NCBI RefSeq assembly: GCF_009914755.1
Contig: NC_060930.1
Direction: 5' to 3' (one strand)
Source: the human T2T-CHM13v2.0 reference genome, Homo sapiens
DNA length: 64,000 nucleotides
Positions 14,495 to 29,254 of the stretch are shown in pieces. The translations under genes were made by a program, and so were the position numbers. Each line of letters begins with the position of its first letter. Within the stretch, counting starts at the first letter, position 1. Below the pieces are notes generated by a model. It searched no databases, had not been told where the DNA came from, and saw only the letters and a list, made by a program, of their open reading frames with translations.

Positions 14495-14515
14495 TTATTT
14501 TTCTTGTTGTTAAAG

Positions 14516-14629
14516 TATTACACAGAGAGAATTGCCCAGCTGGCCCAGAGTAAATATTTACACATGCTTAGGTGGAAGAGGTTTTGCCAACACAGTAAGA
14601 TCATGGAGCAACTTTATCCTCTTTACAAG
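14516..14629 (+). CDS. CCDC162P: Coding exon 4: YYTERIAQLAQSKYLHMLRWKRFCQHSKIMEQLYPLYK
   Basis: ttcttgttgttaaag|TAT ... AAG|gtagga; 114 nt, phase 0->0. Confidence 0.9.
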
Positions 14630-15103
14630 GTAGGAAGTCTATGAACAGAACCTCTGGGCTATTTTTTTATATTTTTAAAAGTCACAGCTAAAGATAGAAA
14701 AGAAACTAATGGATGTGCCTTCTTGCCTGTTCTACCTATGGCAGAAGGTAATGGTAAAGGTAATCTATTCTTAAGAATAAAATTTGAAGGAAGTTTTGTA
14801 TGAGAGGAAATGCATTTTTCTTCACAGACTTAGCTTCCTCAGCTTTACGTAAAAAGTTCAGAAGCGACTCCAGTTATAAGTATCCCTATGCACTGACTCT
14901 TTGCTTGGAGTCTGTCTCCTTCAAAGTCCTAAGAATATGACCACTGTCCTTATAAGTCAAATTCAGAATATGGAAGAACTTTGGGATTCAAAGAACTCCT
15001 TTATTTAGACCCAAAACAACATTACCCTATGCTTGGAAGCAAATGATACAGAGCATAAGGCTTGCAAATAACCAAGTTCTATCTTTGTATCTCTCTTAAA
15101 CAG

Positions 15104-15298
15104 AAACAAGTTGGCTACATTATGCAGGAGTACAATGACACCCTTCAGAGAGCTGAAAGATTGTCTGTTGCTCGAGAAAACTTCCTCATGGGAAAAAACA
15201 ATCCTCCTAACTTGGTGACACAGGAAGATCTGACTATTTACACAAAGTGGTTAGTGTGCCACCTGCACTCTCTTGGGACTGTTCACCAGTACCTGCAG
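15104..15298 (+). CDS. CCDC162P: Coding exon 5: KQVGYIMQEYNDTLQRAERLSVAREN...HSLGTVHQYLQ
   Basis: ctctcttaaacag|AAA ... CAG|gtatgt; 195 nt, phase 0->0; lies in ORF 15062..15316. Confidence 0.92.
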
Positions 15299-16389
15299 GT
15301 ATGTGAAACACAGTGATGTGATGATGTGGCACCCTTCTAGGGATGATCAGTACATTGTTTTCTCACATCTGTCACTTAGTTTTAGATTGTCACTGTTTCA
15401 GGACTCCACCTGCCCTACAAATGACAGAAACATAATGGGTCACTGGATTTCTTCTTTGAAACCTTAGACATCTTTCTCTTTTGAAACTTTATTCTACTGA
15501 AATAATTTAGCTTTCTCAAAGATGTCTCTGTTGTACTATTTCATATTCACTCTGTAAGTTCTTGTCTTCATCATCTTGTTCAGGATCTATGCTCTCTGAT
15601 TTAGATCCACTTTTTAAATATTAGGTGATGTTTAATGAGGGTCTAATATGTGCCAGGTACTTGTCCTAGGCATGCAGCAAAGATACGGCCTTTGCTGAAA
15701 AGTAACTGGGTTCTCGGCTGGTAGGGATATGGGTAAGTAAATATTCAACTGAAATACAACGGGGTAAAAAAGAACAGGATAAGTGTAAGCATAGGGTAAA
15801 GAGAGTCACAGAGAGGCTCTAAGTCAGGCTAGAGGCATCAGAAAGGAGTAACATGATCACATTTCCATTTTGGAAAGATTATTGTTTTTCTACCCATATC
15901 TTTTCCTACTTCTCTCTGCCTTAGCTCAGAGACACCATCATACATGGAATTGCCCAAATCGGAAACTGGCTTCGTCCTTTCCCCGCACCCAGCCAGCCAC
16001 TATGGGCACTTCCTCTGATACATTTCTCACCAGTCACATGGTGTTATAACGATCTGCTTATAAGTCTGGGTCTTTAGTAAACCGTGAGCTCTTTGAGGTT
16101 GTATCCTGTCTTATTCCTCTTTGTCTCCCTAGCACCCCACACAGTGCCTTGTCCATTTTGGGTCCTTGATCAAAGTAGACCTGTTTGGAGGTTAAGGCCA
16201 CTCAGAGTCAGTAACAGTACTAGGTCTCCGAGCTCCAAATGTAGCCCCTTATCATTGGGCAGGTTACTGAGGCTCCACTTCTACTTCTTTTCTTCTCTCC
16301 CAAAGCAAAGGGCTGCTCCTGAACCTGAGTCTGGAAGCTTCTGTGAGAACTGTATTGATGTTTGGCCTCTTGGTCTTGCCCTTCTATAG

Positions 16390-16543
16390 GCCCTCCAGTA
16401 TTTGCCCATCTCCAAAGTGCTGAGTGTAGCTTTCAACCGAGTCGCTGAAGCTGGTCAGAAAAATGAAAATGTCTGTGTCAATGACATTGACCCTGACATT
16501 CAGGGTTCTGCATCTCCTGACCCTGTGGATACCAGCATTTCTG
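16390..16543 (+). CDS. CCDC162P: Coding exon 6: ALQYLPISKVLSVAFNRVAEAGQKNENVCVNDIDPDIQGSASPDPVDTSIS(G)
   Basis: cccttctatag|GCC ... G|gtaaga; 154 nt, phase 0->1. Confidence 0.9.
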
Positions 16544-17563
16544 GTAAGAAATTAGTCTTCTTTCCCCTCGGGTAATGTGGAGCAAAGAAGATTGTAATTT
16601 TAGACTTATGCTGGTTGTCCCATGTTCTTGCTAAAAATTGTTCTATATACCAAAATTTTTATCTCCTTAATAAATAAGTCTTAGTTTAATATTTTCAGAC
16701 TGGAAAAAATAACAAACAATTTTTAAGACATGTTTTAATCTCCGTCTTTATAATTAGCAAGTTAAGAGTGAGAGAAAAAAATGGACTTGAAGTCAGCAGT
16801 ACTGGGCTCTAGGCTTGTTCCTGTCCTGGCCTCACTGTGGGCCTGCATTTTATCTCCTTTGGCCTCAATTTGGTCATCTCCATAACAAACCTTTGAGAAT
16901 CAGTGATCTCTAAGGCTCCTTCCAGTTTTCATATTACACAAATCTAAAATAATTTCTTCATCTGAATAAAATTAATGCAGTTTTCCTGCCCTTGCCTTGT
17001 GTTACAGATGACTAAGAAACCTGATAAGATTTCTACTCTGAGTGACATTCTTGCTTGGATGCACAGAGTGTCCCGGGAATGCCTGGGAGAGGCAGCCAAC
17101 CCTGGTTGTGGGGCATCTGAGAAGGCTTCTTGAAGGAGGGGAGTCCAAACTGGGTCCTTAGAGATGAGGGGGAGTTAGCCATGTGAAAACAGCTGAAGGC
17201 TCTCACCTTCTTCTAATTTGTTGGATAAATTTATAAATAATGTTCTTCATTTACCAGAAAGGACTATAGGCAATTCTGCTCCAAGTCATTCCCTAAAAGG
17301 TCTGTTGGGTTTCTCCTGTAGGCTGTGAGATGGCAAGGAGTCCTTGCTGCCTCCTACAAAAGCCCAGCTCCAAGGATTTGTCAGATCCACCTGGCCAAGT
17401 AGGGTGCAGACTATAAATTGTGGCAGAAAATGTTGGGAAAGGAGCAGAATGGGCATCCCATCAGTAGAGGAGCTCCTACTTCTACCTGTCTCAAAGGACT
17501 CTCCATTTTCTCTCCCTGACAGTATTCATTGGTCTTAATGCTCTTGATTTTGGTTTTCCTCAG

Positions 17564-17721
17564 GGCCAATGAGAACAGAAGCTGCTTTTGTCCTCCCCCA
17601 ACATGCAACAGAAACAGGAGAACTGAAACCTCAGCTGAAGCTCCTGCTCTCCCATTTCAGTATCCCATATGACGTAGAAGAGCTCTGGGACTCTGCTAAG
17701 GAAATGGAACTTTTTTCCTTG
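17564..17721 (+). CDS. CCDC162P: Coding exon 7: (G)PMRTEAAFVLPQHATETGELKPQLKLLLSHFSIPYDVEELWDSAKEMELFSL
   Basis: ttttcctcag|GG ... TTG|gtattt; 158 nt, phase 1->0; overlaps ORF 17569..17829. Confidence 0.9.
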
Positions 17722-18220
17722 GTATTTGATACACTCTTTCTTAATACAAATATATGTGTTCATGAAAGAAAGCACTGGTATTTTCCACAAAGTTGCACCT
17801 TTTACTACCAACAATTGTTTCAAGAATGATCTTGTAAAGTAGTAATAGGTGAAATTTTGATTAGCAGTTGGGAAAACTTCCTCTGTAAGAGTAATGGGAC
17901 TCAAATAGTGAACCCAGAAGGATTTCAGGACTTGTTTTTCTGCAGAACTTAAAGCAAAAGTAGTGTACAGTCTATAGTAGATGATGTAAAGATTTGGCAA
18001 ATTTGCATGGCAGAGTTGTCAATTATCTAAAGCCCTCCAATTCTCAAAATATATTGCAATAGCTTTCCTTATTGACAAAATGCTTTATATTTAATAGAGG
18101 GTACATTGTGTAGTGATGTTTAAAGTCATGCAGTCTTCTCTGCTATAACACAGTGTTGTACTTCCTGAAATGAAAACAACTCATATTATCAAAAGCCATG
18201 TTAAAACTTGTTTCAAAGGG

Positions 18221-18339
18221 GGCCAGGCGTGTGGTTCATGCCTGTAATCCCAGCGCTTTGGGAGGCTGAAGCGGGGTATCACTTGAGCCCAGGATGGGCA
18301 GCATAGTGAAAACCTGTCTCAAAAAAAAAAAAAAAAAAA
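18221..18339 (+). mobile_element. Alu left monomer / FLAM-like
   Basis: Single arm with A-tail; TSD aaaacttgttt. Confidence 0.85.
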
Positions 18340-18385
18340 ACTTGTTTGAATGAGAAAAATAGGACTATAGGTAGATAGCTTCAGA

Positions 18386-18646
18386 TTTTTAAAAATATTT
18401 GAGATGGAGTCTTGCTCTGTCACCCAGGCTGGAGTGTAGTGGTGCAATCTCAGCTCAACGCAGTCTCCGCCTCCTGGGTCCAAGAGATTCTTCTGCCTCA
18501 GACACACCTGGCTAATTTTTGTATTTTTGGTAGAGATGGGGTTGCCATATTGGCCAGGCTGGTCTTGAACTCCTGGCCTCAGGTGATCTGCCCGCATTGG
18601 CCTCCCAAAGTGCTGGGATTACTGGCATGAGCCACTGCACCTGGCC
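18386..18646 (-). mobile_element. Alu with internal deletion
   Basis: Antisense Alu; TSD agcttcagattt. Confidence 0.9.
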
Positions 18647-18843
18647 AAGCTTCAGATTTATAATAACAAAAGTTTCAACAATAACGCTCTAACTGTATAT
18701 TATTTGCAAGTGTATATATTTGATAGGTAAAAATAAGAGATTGATGGATCCAAACATGTAAAAATAAGATCTGAATAGTTTTGAATGCTCTTTACGTAAG
18801 AAGTAAGCTACCGTCTGTGCTATCACCATTTGCTTGAGTTTGA

Positions 18844-19216
<373 letters not shown>

Positions 19217-19488
19217 CAGCATGATTTTTATTAGTATGTAACACAACCTCTTTAAGCTCACTGGAACCAGTGGTATCACATGTCTTCTTGTTTCCTTGAA
19301 GGTGATGATGTTTAGCTTTTGCCTTTCTTTTCATGCCACCAGCAGCACTGTCTCCAGCAGAGTGTTTCTGTGGGAGTGTCCTCCCCTTATTATCATCAAG
19401 GATTATGATAGGCAAAACACAGAATCAGAATATGATGGTGTTTAAGAAGAACCAAAATAAATGTAAGTTAATTATAGCCCAGGAGACT

Positions 19489-19809
19489 ATTATTATTATT
19501 ATTATTATTTTATTTATTTTTTTTTTTTGAGACGGAGTCTTGCTTTGTTGCCCAGGCTGGAGTATAGTGGCACGATCTCCGCTCACTGCAAGCTCTGCCT
19601 CCTGAGTTCACGCCATTCTCCTGCCTCAGCCTCCTGAGTAGCTGGAACTACAGACGTCCACCACCATGCGCAGCTAATTTTTTGTATTTTTAGTAGAGAT
19701 GGGGTTTCACCGTGTTAGCCAGGATGGTCTCGATCTCCTGACCTCGTGATCCACCCGCCTTGGCCTCCCAAAGTGCTAGGATTACAGGCATGAGCCACCA
19801 CGCCCGGCC
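19489..19809 (-). mobile_element. AluY with (TTA)n tail microsatellite
   Basis: TSD caggagactattatta. Confidence 0.95.
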
Positions 19810-20061
19810 CAGGAGACTATTATTAATGATAAACAAGTGAACACAAGTCTGGCGGAGCACTCCAACAAAGCCATGTTGTTCCCAAAGAACAGCTTGTCTC
19901 CTTTTTATGATGATAATTTCCACTTTTAATTTTCTTATGATAGTATTATGTGAAATACTAATTGTGTTCCAAGATAACTAGTCACATTACATCAACTTTT
20001 TTGCCTAGGAAGAGTTCCTATGTTTAGGTGCTGTTTATTCTGATACTCTAATGCCTAAGAG

Positions 20062-20620
20062 CAGGGTCAGCAAACTACAGCCCCACTTGTTTTCTTAAAA
20101 TAAAGTTGTTTTGGAATACAGCAGTCTTAGGTTCATTCAGGCTGCTATAACAAAATACCATAAACAGAGTGGCTTCTAAACAACAGAAATTTATTTCTTA
20201 CAGTTCTGGAGGCTGGAAAGTTTAAGATCAAGGTAGTCTGATGTCTGGTGAGGACCCGCTTTCTGGCTCATATGTGGTGCCTTCTCGCTGTGTCCGCACA
20301 TGGTAGAAGGGCAAGAGTCTCTCAGGCTTCTTTTATAAGGGCACTAATCCTATTCTTGAAGACTTCACCTTCATGACCCAATCACCTCCCCAAATTCCCA
20401 TATCCTAATACCATCACTTTGTGGTTAGGATTTCAACACATGAATCTTGTGGGGACACAAACATTCAGACCCTAGCAACAGCCGTGCCTATTCATGTATG
20501 TATTTTCTATGGCTGCTTTCACACTACAACAGCAGACTTGAGTAGTTGTGACAGAGACCTTGTGGTCAATAAAGGCTAAAACACCTACTATCTGGCCCTT
20601 TAAGAAGTTTGCCAACCCAG
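20062..20620. mobile_element. MER58-type hAT element interrupted by MLT1A
   Basis: cagggtcagcaaactacagccc ... tttgccaaccc termini. Confidence 0.7.
20123..20477 (-). mobile_element. MLT1A-type MaLR solo LTR
   Basis: gctgctataacaaaataccata...ggggacacaaacattcagaccctagca; 5-bp TSD ACAGC. Confidence 0.85.
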
Positions 20621-20628
20621 TCATAGAC

Positions 20629-20845
20629 CAGCACTGTCTCACTGAACTTTCAGAAGCAATGGATGTGTTCTGCCTTTGCACTGTCCCATGTTAACCACTA
20701 GTCACATACACTAATAGTTATCTGAGCACTTGGAATGTGGTTAGCGCAACTCAAGAACTAGATTTCAAATTTTATTTAATTCTAATTAATTCATAATGTT
20801 AAACAGCCACATGTTGCTAGGGGCAACAGCATTGGATAGCACAAC
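20629..20845. mobile_element. MER3-like hAT-Charlie element
   Basis: cactagtcacat...gagcacttggaatgtgg...aacagccacatgttgctag...ttggatagcac. Confidence 0.65.
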
Positions 20846-21746
20846 CTCAGAGGTAGTAGCATTATTACTAGAAGAATCTTCAGCTCTGTGACTCACAAAT
20901 TTACTCACTCATTCCAGAAACCTTTGTTGAGGCCCTAGTATGTGTCAGCACTGTGGTAGTTTCTTACTGTGTGTGTACATGTGCACACATGAGTGGTAAA
21001 ATAACATAACAAAATTTACCATTTTAGCCATTGGTAAGTGTTCGGTTCAGTGGCATTAAGTACATTCACATTGTTGTGTGGCCATCACCATGTGGTGAAT
21101 TCTTGACATTCATAGTCTATGCCCTGAATGGGGCTCACCATGTAGTGAGGAAATCCTGACACAACGTGGCAAGTACAGTGATGAAGGTGCCACCACAGGG
21201 GCCCACACTGGAGGGGGAAGAAGGAATGTTCAGCATTTTGACAGTAGGAACCGATGTCGTAGAAAGCACTTGTAGCCTCAGTCTGAAAGTAAGCTATGAA
21301 GGGAATAGGTTGAGATGCCTTAAAGAGTTTAACAGGTTCTAGCATCGTCAGGCCTCTGAGAACAGGATTTATTTAATCCTTATTTAGTCTATAATAGTTT
21401 ATTGGGTGGTCGGAAAAAGTGAATGCATTTTCAAAGGTGGACAATTTACTTCTCACTTATATTTAGGTTCCAGTTCAATATATATATATATAAATGCATT
21501 AATATATTTCCAATCTCTGGAGCAGACATTCAGAACAGGTAATACACACAATTATGGTAATGAGCTGACTGAGAACATGCGCCACACAAGTATGCCAATT
21601 TAAGGTCTTGTCACTATCACAGAGTTGTGTTTTATAAATTAGTTTGATTCCAAGGCTATTTCAAAGACAACCAGTAGCTGTTTTTGAAATTGCCCACTCT
21701 CTGAGACTTTTTTTCTGGATTCCACTTCTCACTTCATCCTGTTTAG

Positions 21747-21899
21747 GTTTCCCAAAAATTTCAAAGCGTCTTCATGGAGCAACAGAGATTGCAAATGTTT
21801 CCAGACTGTGAAGCTGGAATAGCTAAAGCAGATAATTTGGGTTTGGCAGGACCCAGAATGACCCTGAAAAAGAAAGCCAACTGGATTTCCTTCATAAAG
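21747..21899 (+). CDS. CCDC162P: Coding exon 8: VSQKFQSVFMEQQRLQMFPDCEAGIAKADNLGLAGPRMTLKKKANWISFIK
   Basis: catcctgtttag|GTT ... AAG|gtaaag; 153 nt, phase 0->0. Confidence 0.9.
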
Positions 21900-22436
21900 G
21901 TAAAGAGACTTGTAGTGATAGTCATCTATCAGTGATGTCAGCAGTGTCACAGTGTCATCTAAGCAGGCTAGGCAACCTGGCAACAACAGGTTTATGTAGT
22001 CCCTGTTGTCCCCTCTCCTTAGTGCCCTCAGCAAACTGTCCTCTTTGACTAGGGGAGATGCTTCCCTGTCCTCAAGGGAGGCAACTCAGAGAACCTGGCC
22101 TTGTGTGCCACACTGTCCCAGCTTTTTGCCTGCCTTGGCTCTATATCGAAGTTTGCTATGCTAATCTGCCTTCTCTGAAGGTTCTCCAGATGCCAGTACC
22201 CCACTCTAATGGGCCCAAACTCCCTGCTTATTACTAATGATCTCAGATACTTGGCAAGAGCTAAGCTTACTATCCAAGGGTGTGATTGACTTGTGTAAAT
22301 CCAACCATTGAGTCAAAAACTATTTATTTGGTACATATTGTATATCAGGTGTGGCCGTTCATGCTGGAGATACACAGTTCACAAACAATATGCAAGTAAG
22401 CAGACTAAATAAGATGATTTTAGGTAGTGCTAACTA

Positions 22437-23074
22437 TGGTCAATTCTTGTTATTCAAGGTAGTTGTGTTCTGGAAAGTCACCAGGAACACTGAGTTAGCA
22501 AATATTGAATCGTTACCCCTAGGGGAAATAGAGTTAGTTCCTGTGAACCTCTCGTCGGAACACTCATCAATACATAACTGTTTTATGTGTGTTTCTGTTT
22601 AAAGACATCTTATTTAAAATATATTGTTGATTCATTAATATTGAACTAATGACTAACAGCACTATAATTCATGCCTGAATGAAGCTTATTTAACACATGT
22701 ATTTTTTCCAAAAGGTACATCACACAGCCTTCTAATGCTTAGGAACATTAGACATTACTTTGGCACTACCCATGGGGACCATTTTCAACAGTAAAATGAC
22801 CACCAAAAAGCACAAAAATGTGAAGAATGTGGCACTAAATGGACCACAAAAGGATCCTTGTTTGTAATATGCGAGCAGAAACAAGAAGGCAGAGTGTTGC
22901 CTTGTTCATACTGAGTTGAGAATATGCCCATTGAGTGATTCAAATTTTTACCACCCTGCACACGCCTATGAGTGACTGTGAAAACTCTACTAGTATTGAG
23001 TTTTGAGTCACAAAAAATGTTAGATAGTAGGCAAAATCACAAACATGGAATCCACAAACAACAAGGATTGATTG
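22437..23074. mobile_element. MER82-type TcMar-Tigger DNA transposon
   Basis: Matches recalled MER82 along its length; TA flanks. Confidence 0.75.
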
Positions 23075-23098
23075 TATCATGAAGAAAAGAAAAATCTT

Positions 23099-23774
<676 letters not shown>

Positions 23775-24383
23775 GTGAATCAGGATGGACTGAGAGAAAT
23801 CAAAGATTTCTCCTAGTTCCATCTAGTGCTTGAGGAACAAGGTAGTCCATGTAAGGGAAGCCAGACTTTCTGTTTTAGATTGTTACACTTGATATCCAAG
23901 AATAGATATCAAAGGAGTAGTTGGATATAATAGGCTGGAGTTTAGGGCTGAGATATAAATTTGAGTGTTAATGGTGTTTACAGCAACAGAACTTATTTTT
24001 GAAATACAGTTTATTAATATGAAAGATGTTTTAAATGTGGAGTCACATGGAGTCTGTGGGTGAACTTTCTTTTGCCCTGTAAATAAAGTGCAATGACCAA
24101 CTCTGATGGATTTAGGGTCCCTGCTGCTTGTGGGTGGTATGGTGTCATCCCAGATAGATCTACTGCATCTTATAGGCCAGGCACCAACAGGAACTGGTGC
24201 TGCTGTCTCCTTCAATGGATCTGTGAACCCATGAAGACCCTTTCCAAAAGCTCACTTGTCCTAGCCAACCTAGCACCAAAGCCAGATACCATTTCAGAAG
24301 GTCCTTGAATCTCTTTGCTTGCAACTTTTATTGAGAATCATTCTGTTATGTTGTAACTTTATGTGAACATGTTTGTCCACTAG

Positions 24384-24485
24384 ATCAAGCCAAAATGTGA
24401 TCCATGGCAAAAGAAGCTTTTGACTAAATTAAAAGAACGGAGAAGAACAGATGCATTATTGCAACTCCAAGCAAAGTTTTTGAAG
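24384..24485 (+). CDS. CCDC162P: Coding exon 9: IKPKCDPWQKKLLTKLKERRRTDALLQLQAKFLK
   Basis: tttgtccactag|ATC ... AAG|gtgaga; 102 nt, phase 0->0. Confidence 0.9.
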
Positions 24486-24601
24486 GTGAGAAAATAACCA
24501 TGTTTCCATGTAGATGTTTTCTAAAATCATTCTCAAAATATGCAATTTTCTTTCCCTTTTTAAAAATGTTGGCATGGATTCACCATGACGGCTTTATTTG
24601 A

Positions 24602-24935
<334 letters not shown>

Positions 24936-24992
24936 TAAAAATCCTGTTAGCTTTCAGTAGAGAATAAAAAATTGTCAAAAAGCTGGACTTTA

Positions 24993-25328
<336 letters not shown>

Positions 25329-26428
25329 CTGGATTTTAGTCCAGCTTTAACACCAACTCCCTGTGATATTTGTCTAGTCATGTAACCTCCTTGAGCCTTA
25401 GCTTCTTTATCTGTGAAACAAAATACTCAACTAAATTATTTTTTAAAATATTTTAATTGACAAAAATTGTACATAATTATAGGGTACAGAGTGATATTTT
25501 GATACATACAGTGTATAATTATCAAATCAAGGTAACTAGCATATCCATCTTCTCAAACATCTATTATTTATTTGCCCTGGGAATATTCAAAATCCCCTTT
25601 TCTAATTATTTGAAAATATACAATAAATTATTGTTAACTACAGTCACGTTACAGTGCTATGGAATGCAAGAACTTATTTTCCCTATCTACTGATAATTTT
25701 GTATCCTTTAAACAATCTCTCCCTATCCCACCCTCACCCTCTCAGCCTTAATAATCACTATTCTACTTTCTGCTTCTATGAGAACAACTTTTTTAGCTTG
25801 TGAAAATGGGTAAGAACATGTGGAGAACATGAGTAAGAACATGTGTTTACCTTTCAGTGCCTGGCTTATTTCACTTAACATTAAGTCCTCCAAGCTCATC
25901 AGTGTTGTTGCAAATGACAGGATCTCATTCTTTTTACGGCCAAATAGTATTCCACTGGGTATATATAACACATTTTCTTTATCCATTCATCTGTTAATGG
26001 ATACTTTTATCTTGGTTATTGTGAATAGGGCTGCAATAAACATGGGAGTACAGATACCTGTTCAATATACTGATTTCCTTTTTTAAAAATTTATACACCA
26101 TAGTGAGATTGCTGGATCATGTGGTAGTTCTAGTTATAGGTTTTAGAGGGACCTCCATACTTTTTTCAATAATGGCTATGGTAATTTATAAGTCCAACAG
26201 TGTATAAGAGTTGTCTTTTCTCTGCATCTTTGCCAGAATTTGATTTTTTTTGTCTTTTTGTTAATAGCCATTCTAACTGGAATGAGATTATATCACATTG
26301 TGGTTTTTGATTTGCATTTGATGATTAGTGATGTTGAGCATTTTTTCATATACTTGTTGGTCATTTGCATACTTTCTTTTGAGAAATATCCATTCAGGAT
26401 AATTTTCCCATTTCTAGATCAGATTATT

Positions 26429-26452
26429 TGTGTGTGTGTGTGTGTGTGTGTG
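26429..26452. repeat. (TG)n microsatellite
   Basis: Direct reading. Confidence 0.95.
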
Positions 26453-28251
26453 TTTAGTTTGAAATAATCCCACTTGTCTATTTTTGCTTTTGTTGTCTAT
26501 GCTTTGGAGATTATATCCATAAAATATTTTCCCAGACCAATGTCCCGAAGTGTTTCTCCTTATAGTTTCTTCTAATAGTTTTATAGTTCAGAGTCTTATA
26601 TTTAAATCTTTAATCCATTTTGAGTTGATTTTTGTATATGGAGAGAGAAGGGTCTTGTTTCATTTTTCTGCATATCCAGATATCCAGTTTATCCAGCACC
26701 ATTTATTGAAGAGACTGTTCTTTCCCCAGTGTATGTTTTTGGTGCCTTTGTTAAAAATCACTTGACTATAAATATGAGGATTTATTTCTGGGTTCTCTAT
26801 TCTGTTTCATTGATCCATGTACCTGTTTTTATGCCAGTACCATGCTGCTTTAGTTACAGTATATTTATAGTATATTTTGAAGTCAGATAATGTGATGCCA
26901 CCAGCTTTGTTCTTTTTGATCAGGATTACTTTGGTTGTTTGGGTCTTTTGTGGTTCCGTACACATTTTAGGATTATTTTTTCTATTTCTGTGAAGAATGT
27001 CAGTGGTGTTTTGATAGGGATTGCTTTGAATCTGTGGATCAATTTGGGCATGGTCATTTTTAACAATATTAATCTTTTCAATCTATGAACATGGTATTTC
27101 TTTCCATTTTTTGTGTTTTCTTCCATTTCTTTCATTGGTACTTCGTAGTTTTTATTGTAGAGATCTTTCACCTGTGTGATTAATTTTATTCCTACATAAT
27201 ATTTTTTATAGCTATTGAAAATGTAATTGCTTTCTTGGTTCCTTTTTCAGCTAGTTTGTTATTGGTGTATAGAAATGCCAATAATTTTTGTATGTTGATT
27301 TTGTATCCTGAAATTTTACTAAATTTGTCTGTCAGTTCTAAGAGTTTTTGGCAAAGTCTTTAGGTTTTTCCACATATAAGATCACATTGTCTTCAAAAAG
27401 ACAATTTGACTTCCTTTTTTCCAATTTGAATGCCCTTTGTTTTTAGTTTTGCCTAGTTGCTCTGGCTAGGACTTCTAGTACAGTGTCAAATTGTAGTGGG
27501 GAAAGTAGGCACATTTATATTGTTCCAACTATTAGAGGAAAACCTTTCAACTTTTCCTCATAATGTTAGTTGTAGGTTTGTCGTATGTAGACTTTATAGT
27601 GCTGAGGTAAATTTCTTCTATGCCTAATTTGTTGAGAGTTTTTATCATGAAGGGATGTTGAATTTTATCAAATGCTTTTTCTGTGCCTATTGAAATGATC
27701 ATGTATTTTTGTTCTTCATTCTCTTTGTGTGATGTATCAAGTTTATTGAGTTGTGTATATTGAATCATCCTTGGATCCCTGGGATAAATCTCACTTGATC
27801 ATGGTGTATTAATCTTTTGGTGCGCTGTTGGGTTTGGTTTACTACTGTTTTGTTGAAGATTTTTGCATCTATGTTCATCAGGAATATCAGCCTGTAGTTT
27901 TCTTTTTTGTTGTTCTGTCCTTGTCTGGGTTTTGTATTAGGGTAATATTGGCCTTGTAGAATGAATTTGGAAGAATTCCCTCCTTTTCATGTTTTTGGAA
28001 TAGTATAAGAGGAATCCACGTTAATTCTTTAAAAATTTGGTAGAATTCGGCAATGAAGTCATCCAGTTCTTGGCTTTTCTTTGTTGAGAGACTTTTTATT
28101 ACTGATACAGTTGTGTTCCTTGTTATTCATCTGTTCAGGTTTTCTACTTCTTCCTGGTTCAATCTTGATAGGTTGCATGTGTCCAGAAGTTTACCCATTT
28201 CCTCTAGGTTTTCCAATTTGTTGGCCTATAGTTGTTTATAATAGTCTTTAA

Positions 28252-28617
<366 letters not shown>

Positions 28618-28940
28618 TGATTTATTCAGATTTTTTTTTGTTAGGTAGTCTAGCTAATGGTTTTTCAATTTTGTTTATCTTTTTAAAAAGTCAGCTTTTT
28701 GTTTCATTGATCTTTTGTATTGTTTTTAGTTTTTAATTAATTTATTTCTGCCCTGATTTTTATTATGTATTCCCTTCTACTTATATTGGATTTGGTTTGT
28801 TCTTGCTTCTTTAGTTCCTTGAGGTGCATCAGTAGGTTGTTATTTTCAAAATTTACTACTTTTTGGTGTAGGTGTTTGTTGCTATAAACTTCCTTCTTAT
28901 ACTGCTTTTGCTGTATCCGATAGGTTTTGGTATGTTATGT

Positions 28941-29254
28941 TTCTTTTCTTTTTTTTATTTTTATTTTTATTTTGAGATGGAGTCTCACTCTGTCACCCAG
29001 GCTGGAGTACAGTGGCGTGATCCTGGCTCACTGCAACCTCCACCTCCTGGGTTCAAGTAATTCTCGTGCCTCAGCCTCCTGAGTAGCTGGGGTTACAGGT
29101 TCCTGCCCCCAAGTCTGGCTAAATTTGTATTTTTAGTAGAGATGAGGTTTCAGCATTTTGGCCAGGCTGGTCTTGAACTCCCGACCTCAGGTGATCTGCC
29201 TGCCTTGGCCTCCCAAAATGCTGAGATTACAGATGTGAGCCACCACGCCTGGCC
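28941..29254 (-). mobile_element. AluS
   Basis: Antisense dimer inside L1. Confidence 0.93.
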
